This document shows positions 8,246 to 18,211 of a DNA stretch of 40,000 nt, one piece after another. Under the pieces are notes generated by a model. It was not told where the DNA came from. It worked only from the letters and a program-made list of their open reading frames with translations, and ran no database searches. The stretch's first letter is position 1, and the number at the start of each line of letters is the position of its first letter. The position numbers were made by a program, and so were the translations under genes. The stretch lies in assembly GCF_042660705.1 (NCBI RefSeq), contig NZ_JBHSUQ010000001.1; one strand, 5' to 3'. The stretch is from Undibacterium arcticum. GTDB taxonomy: Bacteria; Pseudomonadota; Gammaproteobacteria; Burkholderiales; Burkholderiaceae_D.

Positions 8246-9914
8246 TCAAAACAAAATTACCGTCGGCTGCGCCATTGCAGCTTTTCTAGAACAGTGCAAC
8301 GTCAAGGCGGCGTTCGGCGTGATCTCGATTCACAACATGCCGATCCTCGACGCCTTGGGCGAGCGCGGCAAGATCCGTTTCGTGCCTGCGCGCGGCGAAG
8401 CGGGCGGTACCAACATGGCCGATGCCTATGCGCGCACCACCGGCGGCCTCGGTGTCTGCCTGACCAGTACCGGCACTGCCGCCGGAAATGCCTCCGGCGC
8501 CATGGTGGAAGCACTCACCGCCGGCACGCCCTTGCTGCACCTGACCGGCCAGATCGAAACCCCTTACCTCGACCAGAGTCTGTCATATATCCATGAAGCG
8601 CCGGATCAGCTGACGATGCTGAAAGCCGTCTCGAAAGCGGCCTTCCGCATCCGCAGCGTGGATACTGCGATCAGCACCATCAAGCTGGCGGTGCAAACCG
8701 CGCTGACGCCGCCGATGGGCCCGGTCAGCGTAGAAATCCCGATCGACATCCAGGCTGCACTGATCACCATGCCGGCCGATCTGCGCCCGCTGGCGATCGC
8801 GTGCCAGGCCCCGTCCGAGCAAGCGCTCGATGAACTGGCCGAGAAATTGATGAAAGCAAAACGTCCGCTGCTGTGGCTGGGTGGCGGAACGCGCGGTGCC
8901 AGTGCACAGGTCAAGCGCCTGATGAACATGGGCTTCGGCGTGGTGACGACGACACAAGGCCGAGGCGTGGTGCCGGAAGATGACGCGCGCTCGCTGGGCG
9001 CCTTCAACCTGCATAAGCCGGTGGAAAATTTCTATCAAACTTGCGATGCGATGGTGGTGGTCGGTTCCCGTTTGCGCGGCAACGAAACACTGAAATATGA
9101 ACTGAAGCTGCCGCGTCCCTTGTTCCGGATCGATGCCGATCCGGCCGCAGAAGGCCGCTGCTACCAGAGCGATGCCTTCCTCTGCGGCGATGCTGCGCTG
9201 GCGCTGCAAGGCCTGGCCGATCGCCTGGAAGGAAAAATGAAGGTCGATCCCGCTTTCATTGGCGACTTGCAAAAGGCGCGCGACACTGCGGTCGCCGGCC
9301 TGGTCGACGGCCTTGGCCCATACAGCGCGCTGGTATCGCGCCTACAGGAAGCTGCCGGCCGCAGCTTCAACTGGGTCCGTGATGTGACGGTGTCGAACAG
9401 CACCTGGGGCAACCGCTTCCTGCGCATTTTCGATCCGCTGGCCGGCGTGCATGCACTGGGCGGCGGCATCGGGCAGGGGCTGGCGATGGCGATCGGCGCC
9501 GCAGTGGGCGCCGCCGAGACCGCACCCGGCAAGAAAACGTTCTGTCTGGCCGGCGATGGCGGCTTCATCCTGAACCTGGGCGAGCTGGCAACCGCAGTGC
9601 AGGAACGTGCCGACATGGTGATCGTCCTGATGAATGACAAAGGTTATGGCGTGATCAAGAACATCCAGGACGCGCAGTACGGTGGCCGCCGTCATTACGT
9701 CGACCTGCATACGCCGGACTACGCGATGTTGTCGCAGTCGCTCCAGCTGCGCCATGCTCGCATCAGCAATCTGGCCGATGTCGGCGCCGGCTTGCGTAGC
9801 GCGCTGGCCGAACCCGGCCCGTTTCTGCTTGAAATCGACATGCTGTCGATCGGCAGCTTCAAGACCGCCTTTGCCGGCCCGCCGGTCAAGGTCGACGAAC
9901 CTGCAACAGCTTAA
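8238..9914 (+). CDS. thiamine-diphosphate-dependent enzyme (acetolactate synthase / benzoylformate decarboxylase superfamily)
   Basis: N-terminal PYR domain (GEAGGTNMADAYAR...). ThDP-binding motif GDGGF-x24-NDKGYG. AGGAGG precedes ATG 8238, which overlaps the SDR stop. Confidence 0.9.
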   Translation: MPNQNKITVGCAIAAFLEQCNVKAAFGVISIHNMPILDALGERGKIRFVPARGEAGGTNMADAYARTTGGLGVCLTSTGTAAGNASGAMVEALTAGTPLLHLTGQIETPYLDQSLSYIHEAPDQLTMLKAVSKAAFRIRSVDTAISTIKLAVQTALTPPMGPVSVEIPIDIQAALITMPADLRPLAIACQAPSEQALDELAEKLMKAKRPLLWLGGGTRGASAQVKRLMNMGFGVVTTTQGRGVVPEDDARSLGAFNLHKPVENFYQTCDAMVVVGSRLRGNETLKYELKLPRPLFRIDADPAAEGRCYQSDAFLCGDAALALQGLADRLEGKMKVDPAFIGDLQKARDTAVAGLVDGLGPYSALVSRLQEAAGRSFNWVRDVTVSNSTWGNRFLRIFDPLAGVHALGGGIGQGLAMAIGAAVGAAETAPGKKTFCLAGDGGFILNLGELATAVQERADMVIVLMNDKGYGVIKNIQDAQYGGRRHYVDLHTPDYAMLSQSLQLRHARISNLADVGAGLRSALAEPGPFLLEIDMLSIGSFKTAFAGPPVKVDEPATA

Positions 9915-9926
9915 GGAGAGAAAGAT

Positions 9927-10733
9927 ATGTTGCACGTTTCGATGATCGGCTATGGCGCTATCGGCGCCGGTGTTATGGAGTTACTCAAGAGCGATCCGGA
10001 GGTCGTGTTCGACGTCGTCATCGTGCCGGAAGCGGCACTCGCCAGCGCGGGCCCGATGGTGCGCGCGCTGGCGCCGCAGGCGCGGGTCGCCGTGCGCCTG
10101 GACTATGACGGAGTGCGCCCCGACCTGCTGATTGAATGTGCCGGTCATGGGGCGATTGAAGAACATATCCTGCCGGCGCTGGAACGCGGCATTGCCTGCA
10201 TGGTGGTGTCAATCGGCGCGCTGTGCGAACCCGGCCTGGCCGAACGTCTGGAACAGGCGGCTCGACGCGGCAAGACGCAGGTGCAATTGCTGTCTGGCGC
10301 CATCGGCGCGATCGACGCGTTGTCGGCGGCCAAGATCGGCGGGCTCGATTCGGTGGTCTACACCGGGCGCAAGCCGCCTGGCGCCTGGAAAGACACGCCG
10401 GCGGAAGCGCTGTTCGCGCTCGATGCACTGGACGGCGTCACCGTGATCTTTGAAGGCAGCGCGCGCGAAGCCGCACGGCTGTATCCAAAGAATGCCAACG
10501 TCGCGGCCACGCTGGCACTGGCCGGACTGGGGCTGGATCATACGCAGGTGCGCCTGCTGGCCGATCCAGCGGTCACGGAAAACGTGCATCACGTGGAAGC
10601 CAAAGGCGCATTCGGCGGCTTCGAGCTGACCATGCGGGGCAAGCCGCTGGTGGCCAACCCTAAAACCTCGGCATTGACGGTGTTCAGCGTGGTGCGCGCG
10701 CTCAACAACCGCGCACATGCATTGTCGATTTGA
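9927..10733 (+). CDS. L-aspartate dehydrogenase (NadX)-family protein
   Basis: GYGAIG Rossmann start. The central and C-terminal regions (...YTGRKPPGAW..., NVAATLALAG, HHVEAKGAFG) are typical of the aspartate dehydrogenase family. AAGGAGAG RBS. Confidence 0.8.
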   Translation: MLHVSMIGYGAIGAGVMELLKSDPEVVFDVVIVPEAALASAGPMVRALAPQARVAVRLDYDGVRPDLLIECAGHGAIEEHILPALERGIACMVVSIGALCEPGLAERLEQAARRGKTQVQLLSGAIGAIDALSAAKIGGLDSVVYTGRKPPGAWKDTPAEALFALDALDGVTVIFEGSAREAARLYPKNANVAATLALAGLGLDHTQVRLLADPAVTENVHHVEAKGAFGGFELTMRGKPLVANPKTSALTVFSVVRALNNRAHALSI

Positions 10734-10760
10734 GCCAACTTATATTGATCGAAGGCTGAC

Positions 10761-12248
10761 ATGAATCTGAACCAAACACTTCCCATCTGTATCGCCGGCC
10801 GCTGGCGCCTGGGGCAGGGCGACCGCTACGCCACGCTGTACCCGGCCACGGGTGAGGCAGTGGCTTACCTGAACGCGGCCAGCCTCGACGACGTGGAAGA
10901 AGCGATCCAGGGTGCCGATGTGGCCTTTCGCACCAGCGGCTGGGCGCAGCGCAAGCCGCACGAACGAGCCGCCGTGCTGTACCGCGTGGCGCAACTGATC
11001 CGCGAACGCGGCGAGGAACTGGCGCAGCTGCAGCGCCTGGACAACGGCAAGCCGATCACGGAAACACGCAACCTGGTCGGCAGCGCCGCCGCCACGTTCC
11101 AGTTCTTCGCTGCCGCCTGCGAGACGCTGGAAGAAACCATCACACCTAGCCGCGGCGACAACCTGACCATGAGCGTGTACGAGCCCATGGGTGTGATAGC
11201 GGCGATCACGCCGTGGAATTCGCCGATCGCAAGCGAAGCGCAAAAGATGGCGCCGGCACTCGCCGCCGGCAATGCGGTGGTGGTCAAGCCGGCCGAAGTG
11301 ACGCCGCTGATGGCGCTGGAACTTGCCAGGATTTGCGAAGAAGCAGGTGTGCCCAAGGGCCTGATCAGCGTGTTGCCCGGCAAGGGCTCGGTGATCGGCG
11401 ACGCCATCACGCTTCATCCGCTGGTGCGCCGCGTGTCATTCACCGGCGGCACCAGCACCGGCAAGCATATTGCGCATATTGCTGCCGACAAGATGATGCC
11501 GGTGTCGCTCGAACTGGGTGGCAAGTCGCCGACCATGGTGTTCGAGGATGCTGATCTGGATCACGCGGTGGCCGGCGTGCTGTACGGAATATTCAGCTCG
11601 TCCGGCGAATCCTGTATCGCCGGTTCGCGCCTGTTTGTCGGACATGGCATTTACGACACCTTCATGGAACGCCTGGCTGCCGGCGCCGCTGCGTTGCGGG
11701 TGGGCGACCCGGCCGACGAGCGCACGCAGGTCGGCCCGCTGATCACGGCGCGTCATCGCGAATCGATTGAATCCTATGTCGCGCTGGGTATTGAGGACGG
11801 CGGCCGCCTGCGTACTGGCGGCATGCGCCCGCAAGGCGCGCAATTCGATCGCGGCAATTACTACCTGCCGACCATCATCGAAGACGTGCGCAACGACCAG
11901 CGCATCTGCCAGGAAGAGATCTTCGGGCCGGTGCTGGTGGCGATGCCGTTCAGCGACGAAAACGATTTGATCGAACAGGCCAACGACAGCGTATATGCGC
12001 TCGCTGCTGGCATCTGGACCCGCGATTACAAGAAGGCCTGGCGATTCGGCCGCGCGGTACAGGCCGGTAATGTCTGGATCAATACCTACAAGCAGTTTTC
12101 GATCTCGACCCCGTTTGGCGGCTGGCGCGACAGCGGCCTCGGACGCGAAAAGGGCCGGCTCGGCATCCTGCAATACATGGAACAGAAGAGCCTCTACTGG
12201 GGCATGAACGAACAGCCGCTGCCTTGGGCTGGCGAGGAGAATATTTGA
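10761..12248 (+). CDS. NAD(P)-dependent aldehyde dehydrogenase
   Basis: ELGGKSP (catalytic Glu), GESCIAGSR (catalytic Cys), EEIFGPV; 495 aa. Confidence 0.9.
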   Translation: MNLNQTLPICIAGRWRLGQGDRYATLYPATGEAVAYLNAASLDDVEEAIQGADVAFRTSGWAQRKPHERAAVLYRVAQLIRERGEELAQLQRLDNGKPITETRNLVGSAAATFQFFAAACETLEETITPSRGDNLTMSVYEPMGVIAAITPWNSPIASEAQKMAPALAAGNAVVVKPAEVTPLMALELARICEEAGVPKGLISVLPGKGSVIGDAITLHPLVRRVSFTGGTSTGKHIAHIAADKMMPVSLELGGKSPTMVFEDADLDHAVAGVLYGIFSSSGESCIAGSRLFVGHGIYDTFMERLAAGAAALRVGDPADERTQVGPLITARHRESIESYVALGIEDGGRLRTGGMRPQGAQFDRGNYYLPTIIEDVRNDQRICQEEIFGPVLVAMPFSDENDLIEQANDSVYALAAGIWTRDYKKAWRFGRAVQAGNVWINTYKQFSISTPFGGWRDSGLGREKGRLGILQYMEQKSLYWGMNEQPLPWAGEENI

Positions 12249-13240
12249 TGGACGTTTTGGGTATCGACGAAATTACCTATGGCGCGGACGATCTGCCTCT
12301 GTGCAAGCGCTTCTTTGCTGACTGGGGTATGAGCCTGGTCGAAGAGAATGAAGGATTGCTGGCGTACGAAACGCAGAACGGCTGCCGCGTGCTGGTCAAA
12401 CGCAGTGATGATCCCGACCTGCCGCCGGCGATCGAAGCCGGGCCGACGCTGCGCGAAGTGGTGTGGGGCGTGTCAACCGCCGAAGTGCTGCAGCGTTTTG
12501 CGGCACGCATCGCCGGGCTGCCCGGTTACGTGAGCGATGGGACGCGCGTCGGCTGTACCGATCCGAACGGTCTGGCTGTGCGTTTCCAGGTCACCAAGAA
12601 GCGCGAGATCGAGGTCGAATGTGCTGAGATGAATACCTGGTCGCACCGACCACGCATCAATCAGCGCAGCCCGGCCTACGAACGCGCCGCGCCGATCGAA
12701 GTCGGTCATGTGGTGTTCTTTGTCGAGGACGTCAAGGCCTGCGAAGCGTTCTACTGCGAAAACTTCGGCTTCGTGCCGTCCGACCATTACCCGGGTCGCG
12801 GCGCCTTCCTGCGTTGCGCGGCCGAAGGCGGCCATCACGACCTGTTCCTGCTGCAAACGCCAGAAGCGCGCGCCGGCCTGAACCATGTGGCGTTCACGGT
12901 GCGCGATATCCACGAGGTCTTCGGCGGCGGCATGCACATGGCGCGCCAGGGCTGGGACACGCAGCTCGGACCTGGACGACATCCAATCTCGTCGGCCTAC
13001 TTCTGGTACTTCCGCAATCCGGCCGGCGGGCTGATCGAGTATTACGCTGATGAAGACCAGCTCGACGCCGACTGGCAGCCGCGCGATTTCGAGCCCGGAC
13101 CGACCGTCTTTGCCGAATGGGCGATTGAAGGTGGTCTCGATGGCAACACGCGCCGCCAGCGCAATGCGAATGCGCCGGGCGGCAAGTTTGACCGACAAAC
13201 CGAAGTCCTGACCCGCAGCATCCACATACAGCAAAGGTAA
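12248..13240 (+). CDS. two-domain VOC-superfamily (type I extradiol-like) ring-cleavage dioxygenase
   Basis: Second domain carries the His/His/Glu pattern (GHVVFFV, LNHVAFTV, IEYYAD) and GPGRH...FWYFRNPAG. TGATG overlap with the aldehyde dehydrogenase stop; the ORF track starts upstream at 12224. Confidence 0.75.
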   Translation: MDVLGIDEITYGADDLPLCKRFFADWGMSLVEENEGLLAYETQNGCRVLVKRSDDPDLPPAIEAGPTLREVVWGVSTAEVLQRFAARIAGLPGYVSDGTRVGCTDPNGLAVRFQVTKKREIEVECAEMNTWSHRPRINQRSPAYERAAPIEVGHVVFFVEDVKACEAFYCENFGFVPSDHYPGRGAFLRCAAEGGHHDLFLLQTPEARAGLNHVAFTVRDIHEVFGGGMHMARQGWDTQLGPGRHPISSAYFWYFRNPAGGLIEYYADEDQLDADWQPRDFEPGPTVFAEWAIEGGLDGNTRRQRNANAPGGKFDRQTEVLTRSIHIQQR

Positions 13241-13245
13241 ACCAT

Positions 13246-14406
13246 ATGTCTTCTCTGAAAATCGGCATTGTCGGCGCCGGTATTGGCGGGCTCACTGCAG
13301 CGATCGCCTTGCATCGCGCTGGCCATGATGTGGTCGTGTTCGAACAGTCGAAACAATTCCTGCGGGTTGGTGCCGACATAAATCTGACCCCGAATGCGGT
13401 GCGCGCACTGGACGGACTGGGCATCGGCGATGCCGTGCGCCACACTGCCGCGCGCCCCACGCACCGTATTAGCCGCACTTGGGACACCGGCGATGAAACC
13501 TCGCGGCTTGAGATGGGCGACAGCGCCGAGCAAAAATACGGCGCGCCGCAACTGACCATCCACCGCGCCGATTTGCTGGCCGCACTGGCCGCCGTGTTCC
13601 CGGCGGAGCGCGTCTTGTTCGCCAAGCGCGCTGAAGAAGTCAAGCAGGATGCGGATGGCATTACGCTGACGTTCACAGACGGCAGTACCTACCTGGTCGA
13701 TGCATTGATCGGCGCCGATGGCATCCATTCCGCGGTACGCACCGCGATGTTCGGCAGGGAAAATCCACGCTTCACCGGCGTGGTCGCGTTCCGCGCGGTG
13801 ATACCGGCCGAACGTGTAGCCCAGGTGCCGAACATTCAGGCGTTCACCAAATGGTGGGGCCCTAATCTGCAAAGTCAGATCGTCACTTTCCCGCTTAACC
13901 GCGGCAAGGATATTTTTATCTTCGCCACCACCGCGCAGGAAAGTTGGCATCTGGAATCGTGGACTACGCAGGGCAGCGTGCAGGAATTGCGCGACAGCTA
14001 CGCCGGTTTCCACCCCGACGCGCGGGCTCTTCTCGATGCCTGCGACGAAGTGTTGAAGACGGCGCTGTACGAACGCGATCCGCTCCCGCATTGGTCGCAT
14101 GACCGCATGGTGTTGCTGGGCGATGCCTGCCACCCGATGATGCCCTTCATGGCGCAAGGCGCGGGTATGTCGATCGAGGACGCGGTCGTTCTTGCGCGTG
14201 AGATCGCAGGGATTACTCAAGTTGCCGATATGGATACCGCATTCCAGCGTTACGAATCGTTGCGCCTGGAGCGCGCCAGCAAGATTCAGATCGGTTCGCG
14301 CGGCAACAACTGGTTGCGCGAAGGCGGCAATGCCGACTGGGTGTATGGCTACGATGCATGGACAGTGAAGGCGGAATCGGCCGCGCCTGATGCCCAATGC
14401 GATTGA
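13246..14406 (+). CDS. FAD-dependent aromatic monooxygenase (salicylate hydroxylase / 3-hydroxybenzoate 6-hydroxylase / NicC-like class A)
   Basis: GAGIGGLTAA dinucleotide fold, DG motif (ADGIHSAVR), GDACHPMMPFMAQGAGMSIEDA. Confidence 0.9.
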   Translation: MSSLKIGIVGAGIGGLTAAIALHRAGHDVVVFEQSKQFLRVGADINLTPNAVRALDGLGIGDAVRHTAARPTHRISRTWDTGDETSRLEMGDSAEQKYGAPQLTIHRADLLAALAAVFPAERVLFAKRAEEVKQDADGITLTFTDGSTYLVDALIGADGIHSAVRTAMFGRENPRFTGVVAFRAVIPAERVAQVPNIQAFTKWWGPNLQSQIVTFPLNRGKDIFIFATTAQESWHLESWTTQGSVQELRDSYAGFHPDARALLDACDEVLKTALYERDPLPHWSHDRMVLLGDACHPMMPFMAQGAGMSIEDAVVLAREIAGITQVADMDTAFQRYESLRLERASKIQIGSRGNNWLREGGNADWVYGYDAWTVKAESAAPDAQCD

Positions 14407-14463
14407 ATTGATGACTTGGTACCCGGCGCAAGCGCATCCGCGCACGCCACAGAAACGGAGGGA

Positions 14464-14691
14464 ATGATGCAAGAACTTTATTTGAATTCGCACCAGGCGC
14501 GCCGCCGCCTGCCGACCGCCTACGAGGATCTGCTGGGCGATTCGATCGAACGCTCGTTTGCGTCCGGCATTCATGATCTGGCGGCACTGGTCGAACACCT
14601 GAACCGCAGCGGGCCGAACTGCCCTGGCAGCGACGTATGGACCGAGCAAAACTATCAGACGGAAATGGCGCGTCTGGCCGCCGAATGCTAA
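14464..14691 (+). CDS. small conserved-looking hypothetical protein (75 aa)
   Basis: GGAGGG RBS before ATG 14464. Core-like codon usage. Lies between the monooxygenase and the Rieske oxygenase. No motif recognised. Confidence 0.5.
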   Translation: MMQELYLNSHQARRRLPTAYEDLLGDSIERSFASGIHDLAALVEHLNRSGPNCPGSDVWTEQNYQTEMARLAAEC

Positions 14692-14706
14692 TCAAAGAAA
14701 GGTCAA

Positions 14707-15735
14707 GTGATGAGAACTCAAGCAAACGATCCCGTTGATGCCGCACTGTCCATCGGCCTGAAGGATCTGTGGTATCCAATTTGCCCGTCCGAATTTGTCG
14801 CTGAACGCCCGGTGTCGCTGCGCCGTCTCGGCCGCAAGTTCGTGTTTTGGCGCGAAGCGTCCGGCGTGCTGCACGCGCTGGAAGACCATTGTCCGCATCG
14901 CGGCGCGCCACTCTCGCTCGGCATTGCGCTGGGCGACCGGATCGCCTGCGGCTACCACGGCGTGCAGGTGCGCGCCGACGGCGTGGTGATGAGCGTGCCG
15001 GGCAGCCCCGGCTGCAAGCTGGAAGGCGCCAAGGCGACTCGTTCCTTCCACGTGCGAGAAGCGGCCGGCGCAATCTTCCTGTACAACGCCAGCGGCGAGA
15101 TCGCCGAACCGCCGCCGCTGAACCTGCCGCCCGAACTGACCGGCGACGAGTATTCGAACTTCCTCTGCTACACCGAATGGAACGGCGATTACCGCTACGT
15201 GCTTGACAATGTGATGGACCCGATGCACGGCACCTTCCTGCACAAGCAGTCGCATTCGATGGCGGAAGGCGAATCCACGGCGGCATTCCGCGTGCGCGAT
15301 ACCGACACCGGCTTCGTGTTCGAGAAGGAAGGCCAGCGCGGCGTCAACTTCGACTGGACCGAATGGGCCGATACCGGCCTGCATTGGATGCGCCTGGAAA
15401 TTCCATATCCGAAAACGGGCGGGCCCGGCGGTAATTTCATCATCATCGGCAGCTACACGCCGATCTCGGACAACGTGTCGACCGCATTCCACTGGCGCGT
15501 GCGCAAGGTCAGCGGCTGGCAGCGCGACACCTGGCGCTTCCTGTATAAGAACCGCCTCGAGGAACGGCACTGGAAAGTGCTGGAACAGGACCGCGCGATC
15601 CTGGAAGCGATGGAGCCGGACGCCAATCAGCACGAAATGCTGTACCAGCACGACATGGGCATCGTCCGTCTGCGCCGTCACCTGCGCAGCCTGGCGAAAG
15701 CGCAGCTCGCAGCGGCCGAGGAAAAGGCGGCGTGA
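14707..15735 (+). CDS. Rieske [2Fe-2S] non-heme-iron oxygenase, alpha-only (phthalate/VanA family)
   Basis: Rieske motif CPHRGAPLS-x16-CGYHG. Mononuclear iron region NVMDPMHGTFLH. 342 aa, with no beta subunit, and followed by a PDR-type reductase. Confidence 0.9.
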   Translation: MMRTQANDPVDAALSIGLKDLWYPICPSEFVAERPVSLRRLGRKFVFWREASGVLHALEDHCPHRGAPLSLGIALGDRIACGYHGVQVRADGVVMSVPGSPGCKLEGAKATRSFHVREAAGAIFLYNASGEIAEPPPLNLPPELTGDEYSNFLCYTEWNGDYRYVLDNVMDPMHGTFLHKQSHSMAEGESTAAFRVRDTDTGFVFEKEGQRGVNFDWTEWADTGLHWMRLEIPYPKTGGPGGNFIIIGSYTPISDNVSTAFHWRVRKVSGWQRDTWRFLYKNRLEERHWKVLEQDRAILEAMEPDANQHEMLYQHDMGIVRLRRHLRSLAKAQLAAAEEKAA

Positions 15736-15797
15736 ACTTCTGCCGTGTTCCGACCTTCGACCTGTAATGCAGTTTAATTCTTGCAAGAGTTTGAACC

Positions 15798-16750
15798 ATG
15801 ACTAGCAGTCCTCTTCTTTCCGTCCGTGTGCAGGCAATGCGCTTCGAGGCAGCCGGCATCGTCAGCGTGGAACTGGTGTCGCCGGCGGGTACCGAACTGC
15901 CCGCCTTCGCCGCGGGCGCGCACATCGATCTGCATCTGCCGAACGGCGTGGTGCGCAGCTACTCGCTGTCGAACCCGCCGACCGAGCGGCACCGTTATGT
16001 GGTTGGCGTGCTGAATGACCGCAACAGCCGCGGCGGTTCGCGTTATGTGCACGAGCAGTTGCGCGTCGGCTCGACCATCGATATCTCGCTGCCGCGCAAT
16101 AACTTTCCGCTGGACGAATCGGCGCCGCATACGGTACTGATCGCGGGCGGCATCGGCATTACACCGATTTTTGCATGCTGAACCATCTGCGCAGCCTGGG
16201 CAAGTCGGTTGAACTTCTGTACTGCGCGCGCTCCCAGGCGGAAGCGGCGTTCTGCGACATGCTGCTGACGGACGGACGCGTGCAGACCCATTTTGACCAG
16301 GACAAAGGAGCGCCGCCTGATCTGCGCGCTTACCTTGCCGGCCAGTCCGCCACTGCGCATTTTTACTGCTGTGGACCGACGCCGATGCTGAACGCTTTCG
16401 AAAACATTTGCGCAGAGCTTGGTTTTCCGAACGTGCACATCGAGCGTTTCACCCCCGCGGAGCCGGTGGAGGCGGTCCAAGGCAGCGAGTATGTGGCCTA
16501 CCTGTCGCGCGCCAAGAAATCGGTCACGGTGCCGGCCGGAAAGTCGCTGCTGGACGCGCTGTTGGAAGCCGGAATGAGTGTCGACCACAGCTGCCGCGAA
16601 GGCGTGTGCGGTTCGTGCGAGACCAGGGTGCTGGAAGGCGTGCCTGACCATCGCGACGGCGTATTGACCAAGGCTGAGCGCGAATCCGGCAAGACCATGA
16701 TGGTGTGCGTGTCCGGTTGCAAGGGACAGCGCATGGTGCTCGATTTGTAA
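15798..16750 (+). pseudogene. PDR/VanB-type oxidoreductase (FMN/NAD-binding domain plus plant-type 2Fe-2S ferredoxin), split by a 1-nt frameshift as assembled
   Basis: ORFs 15798-16181 (RSYSLSN, GGIGITPIF) and 16175-16750 (MLNHL..., CREGVCGSCET) are the two halves of one reductase. The join lies at the T5 run 16168-16172; one extra T restores ...GITPIFCMLNHL... Confidence 0.85.
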
Positions 16751-16771
16751 TCGCTGACAGCTTCAGGAAAT

Positions 16772-16798
16772 GCCCGGATCAACTCGGGCTTTTTTTTT
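16772..16798 (+). terminator. Rho-independent terminator after the oxygenase/reductase genes
   Basis: GCCCG (16772-16776) / CGGGC (16785-16789) stem followed by T9 (16790-16798), about 20 nt after the reductase stop. Confidence 0.7.
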
Positions 16799-16933
16799 GA
16801 CGCTAGTGGATTTTTTAAAACGTTGTTTTATAGGTGAAACGCGTTTGTCTTTATTCACCGCGGCAAGCGAAGGGCGAGCGGGTGAAATGTACACGGCGTG
16901 CGCCGTGCAATTCAATAAAAGGGGGGGAGTTTG

Positions 16934-17997
16934 ATGAAACAGGTACTTTTTGTCATCGCGGCTACAGGCATGACTGCAGGTGCGTTCGCGCAAAGCAACG
17001 TGACGGTCTACGGCAGCATGGACGCCGGCGTTGCATACGTTAACAACGTGGGCGGCAAGTCAGTCACGCGGCTGGACCAGGGCACCATGCAACCGGACCG
17101 GATTGGTTTCCGCGGCACTGAAGATCTGGGCGAGGGTTTGAAAGCCAATTACCAGCTGGAGGCCGGTTTTTCCACCGATACCGGCGCCAGCACCAATGCT
17201 AACCGCCTGTTCAACCGTGCCAGCACTATCGGCCTGTCGGGCAGCTTCGGTGCGGTGACCTTGGGTAACATGCCGGATATCGTATTCGACTATGCAGGCA
17301 AACTGAGCAACGGCTTCCAGCTCACCAATTTCTACCTGTTCCATCCGGGTAATCTGGATACGCTGGCTAATACCTTTCAGTTCAACAACGCCGTCCGCTA
17401 CACCTCGCCCAGTTTCTCCGGACTGACTATGAGCGCGATGTACGGTTTTGGTGAAGTCGCGGGCGACAACAGCAAGGGTCGCAACATCAGCGCGGGCGCC
17501 AACTATGTACAGGGTCCGTTGCGCCTGGTGCTGGCGTACTCGAAGCAAACGATCGCGTAGCGGGCTATGCCGGCACCTTTCTCGGCAGCCTTGGTCTGGG
17601 CAATGGCGCGACCGTATTCAACAGCCTGACGACACTGGCAACAGGCGCCGGCTACACGATCGGCGATGTGCGTCTGAACGGCTTGTACACACAGAACAAG
17701 ATCGAACTGCCGGCATCCAGCTTGACGCAAAAGAATGTCGATCTCGGCGCGAGCTGGCATTACAACCCGGCCAATGCGCTGAACCTCGGCTACACGCATT
17801 CCAAACTGGAAGGCGCGCGCTATAACCAGATCAGCGTGAGCAATGTCTACTCGCTGTCCAAGCGCACCGAAGTCTATGCGCAGGCGGCGTACCAGCGCGC
17901 CGGGGGCACTGCGCACTTTGCGATCCAGAACAACACCGGTGTATCCAGCAGTGACAGCCAATGGGTGACAACGGTAGGCATGCACCACTCGTTCTAG
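16934..17997 (+). pseudogene. Gram-negative trimeric porin (Burkholderia OmpC/Omp38-like), split by a 1-nt frameshift as assembled
   Basis: Signal peptide ...GAFA-QSNVTVYGSMDAG. C-terminal ...VGMHHSF. ORFs 16931-17560 and 17668-17997 join through the open frame ...NDRVAGYAGTFLG... if the A3 run at 17547-17549 is read as A4. Confidence 0.85.
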
Positions 17998-18006
17998 GGT
18001 AGCTTT

Positions 18007-18037
18007 CGTCGCGCGCCGCGTGCTGCGGTGCGCGACG
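18007..18037 (+). terminator. strong GC hairpin 10 nt after the porin stop (no U-tract)
   Basis: 13-bp stem CGTCGCGCGCCGC / GCGGTGCGCGACG with a 5-nt loop. No T-run follows, so terminator function is inferred only. Confidence 0.45.
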
Positions 18038-18051
18038 GTTAGGGAGGAAGA

Positions 18052-18180
18052 ATGTTTGGAAATTTAAAGATCGGCACGCGACTGGCTATCGCTTATGCGG
18101 TATCGGAGAAGGAGACCGCGCGGGCGTCAGAGCGCAGGTTGCTGTTTGTCAAACTGGATAGCCAGAAACTGGCGACATAA
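18052..18180 (+). pseudogene. stub of a methyl-accepting chemotaxis protein gene (only about 17 N-terminal residues look genuine)
   Basis: GGAGG RBS plus ATG. MFGNLKIGTRLAIAYAV is a typical MCP N-terminus, but no transmembrane helix follows and the frame stops after 42 codons. The lower-G+C DNA begins here. Confidence 0.4.
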
Positions 18181-18211
18181 TACTGAATCCTGCCAAACGA
18201 AAGGAGCAGAC

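Noticed and set aside
13042-14649. 535-aa minus-strand ORF covering the FAD monooxygenase region
   Set aside because: It is antisense shadow of a well-supported plus-strand gene in high-G+C DNA. It is Arg/Ala/Gly-rich, has no motifs, and no RBS context.
14213-15786. 357-aa and 364-aa minus-strand ORFs opposite the Rieske oxygenase and the small-protein genes
   Set aside because: Both are shadow ORFs. Their composition is dominated by Arg/Pro/Ala, and they overlap genes with clear catalytic motifs on the other strand.
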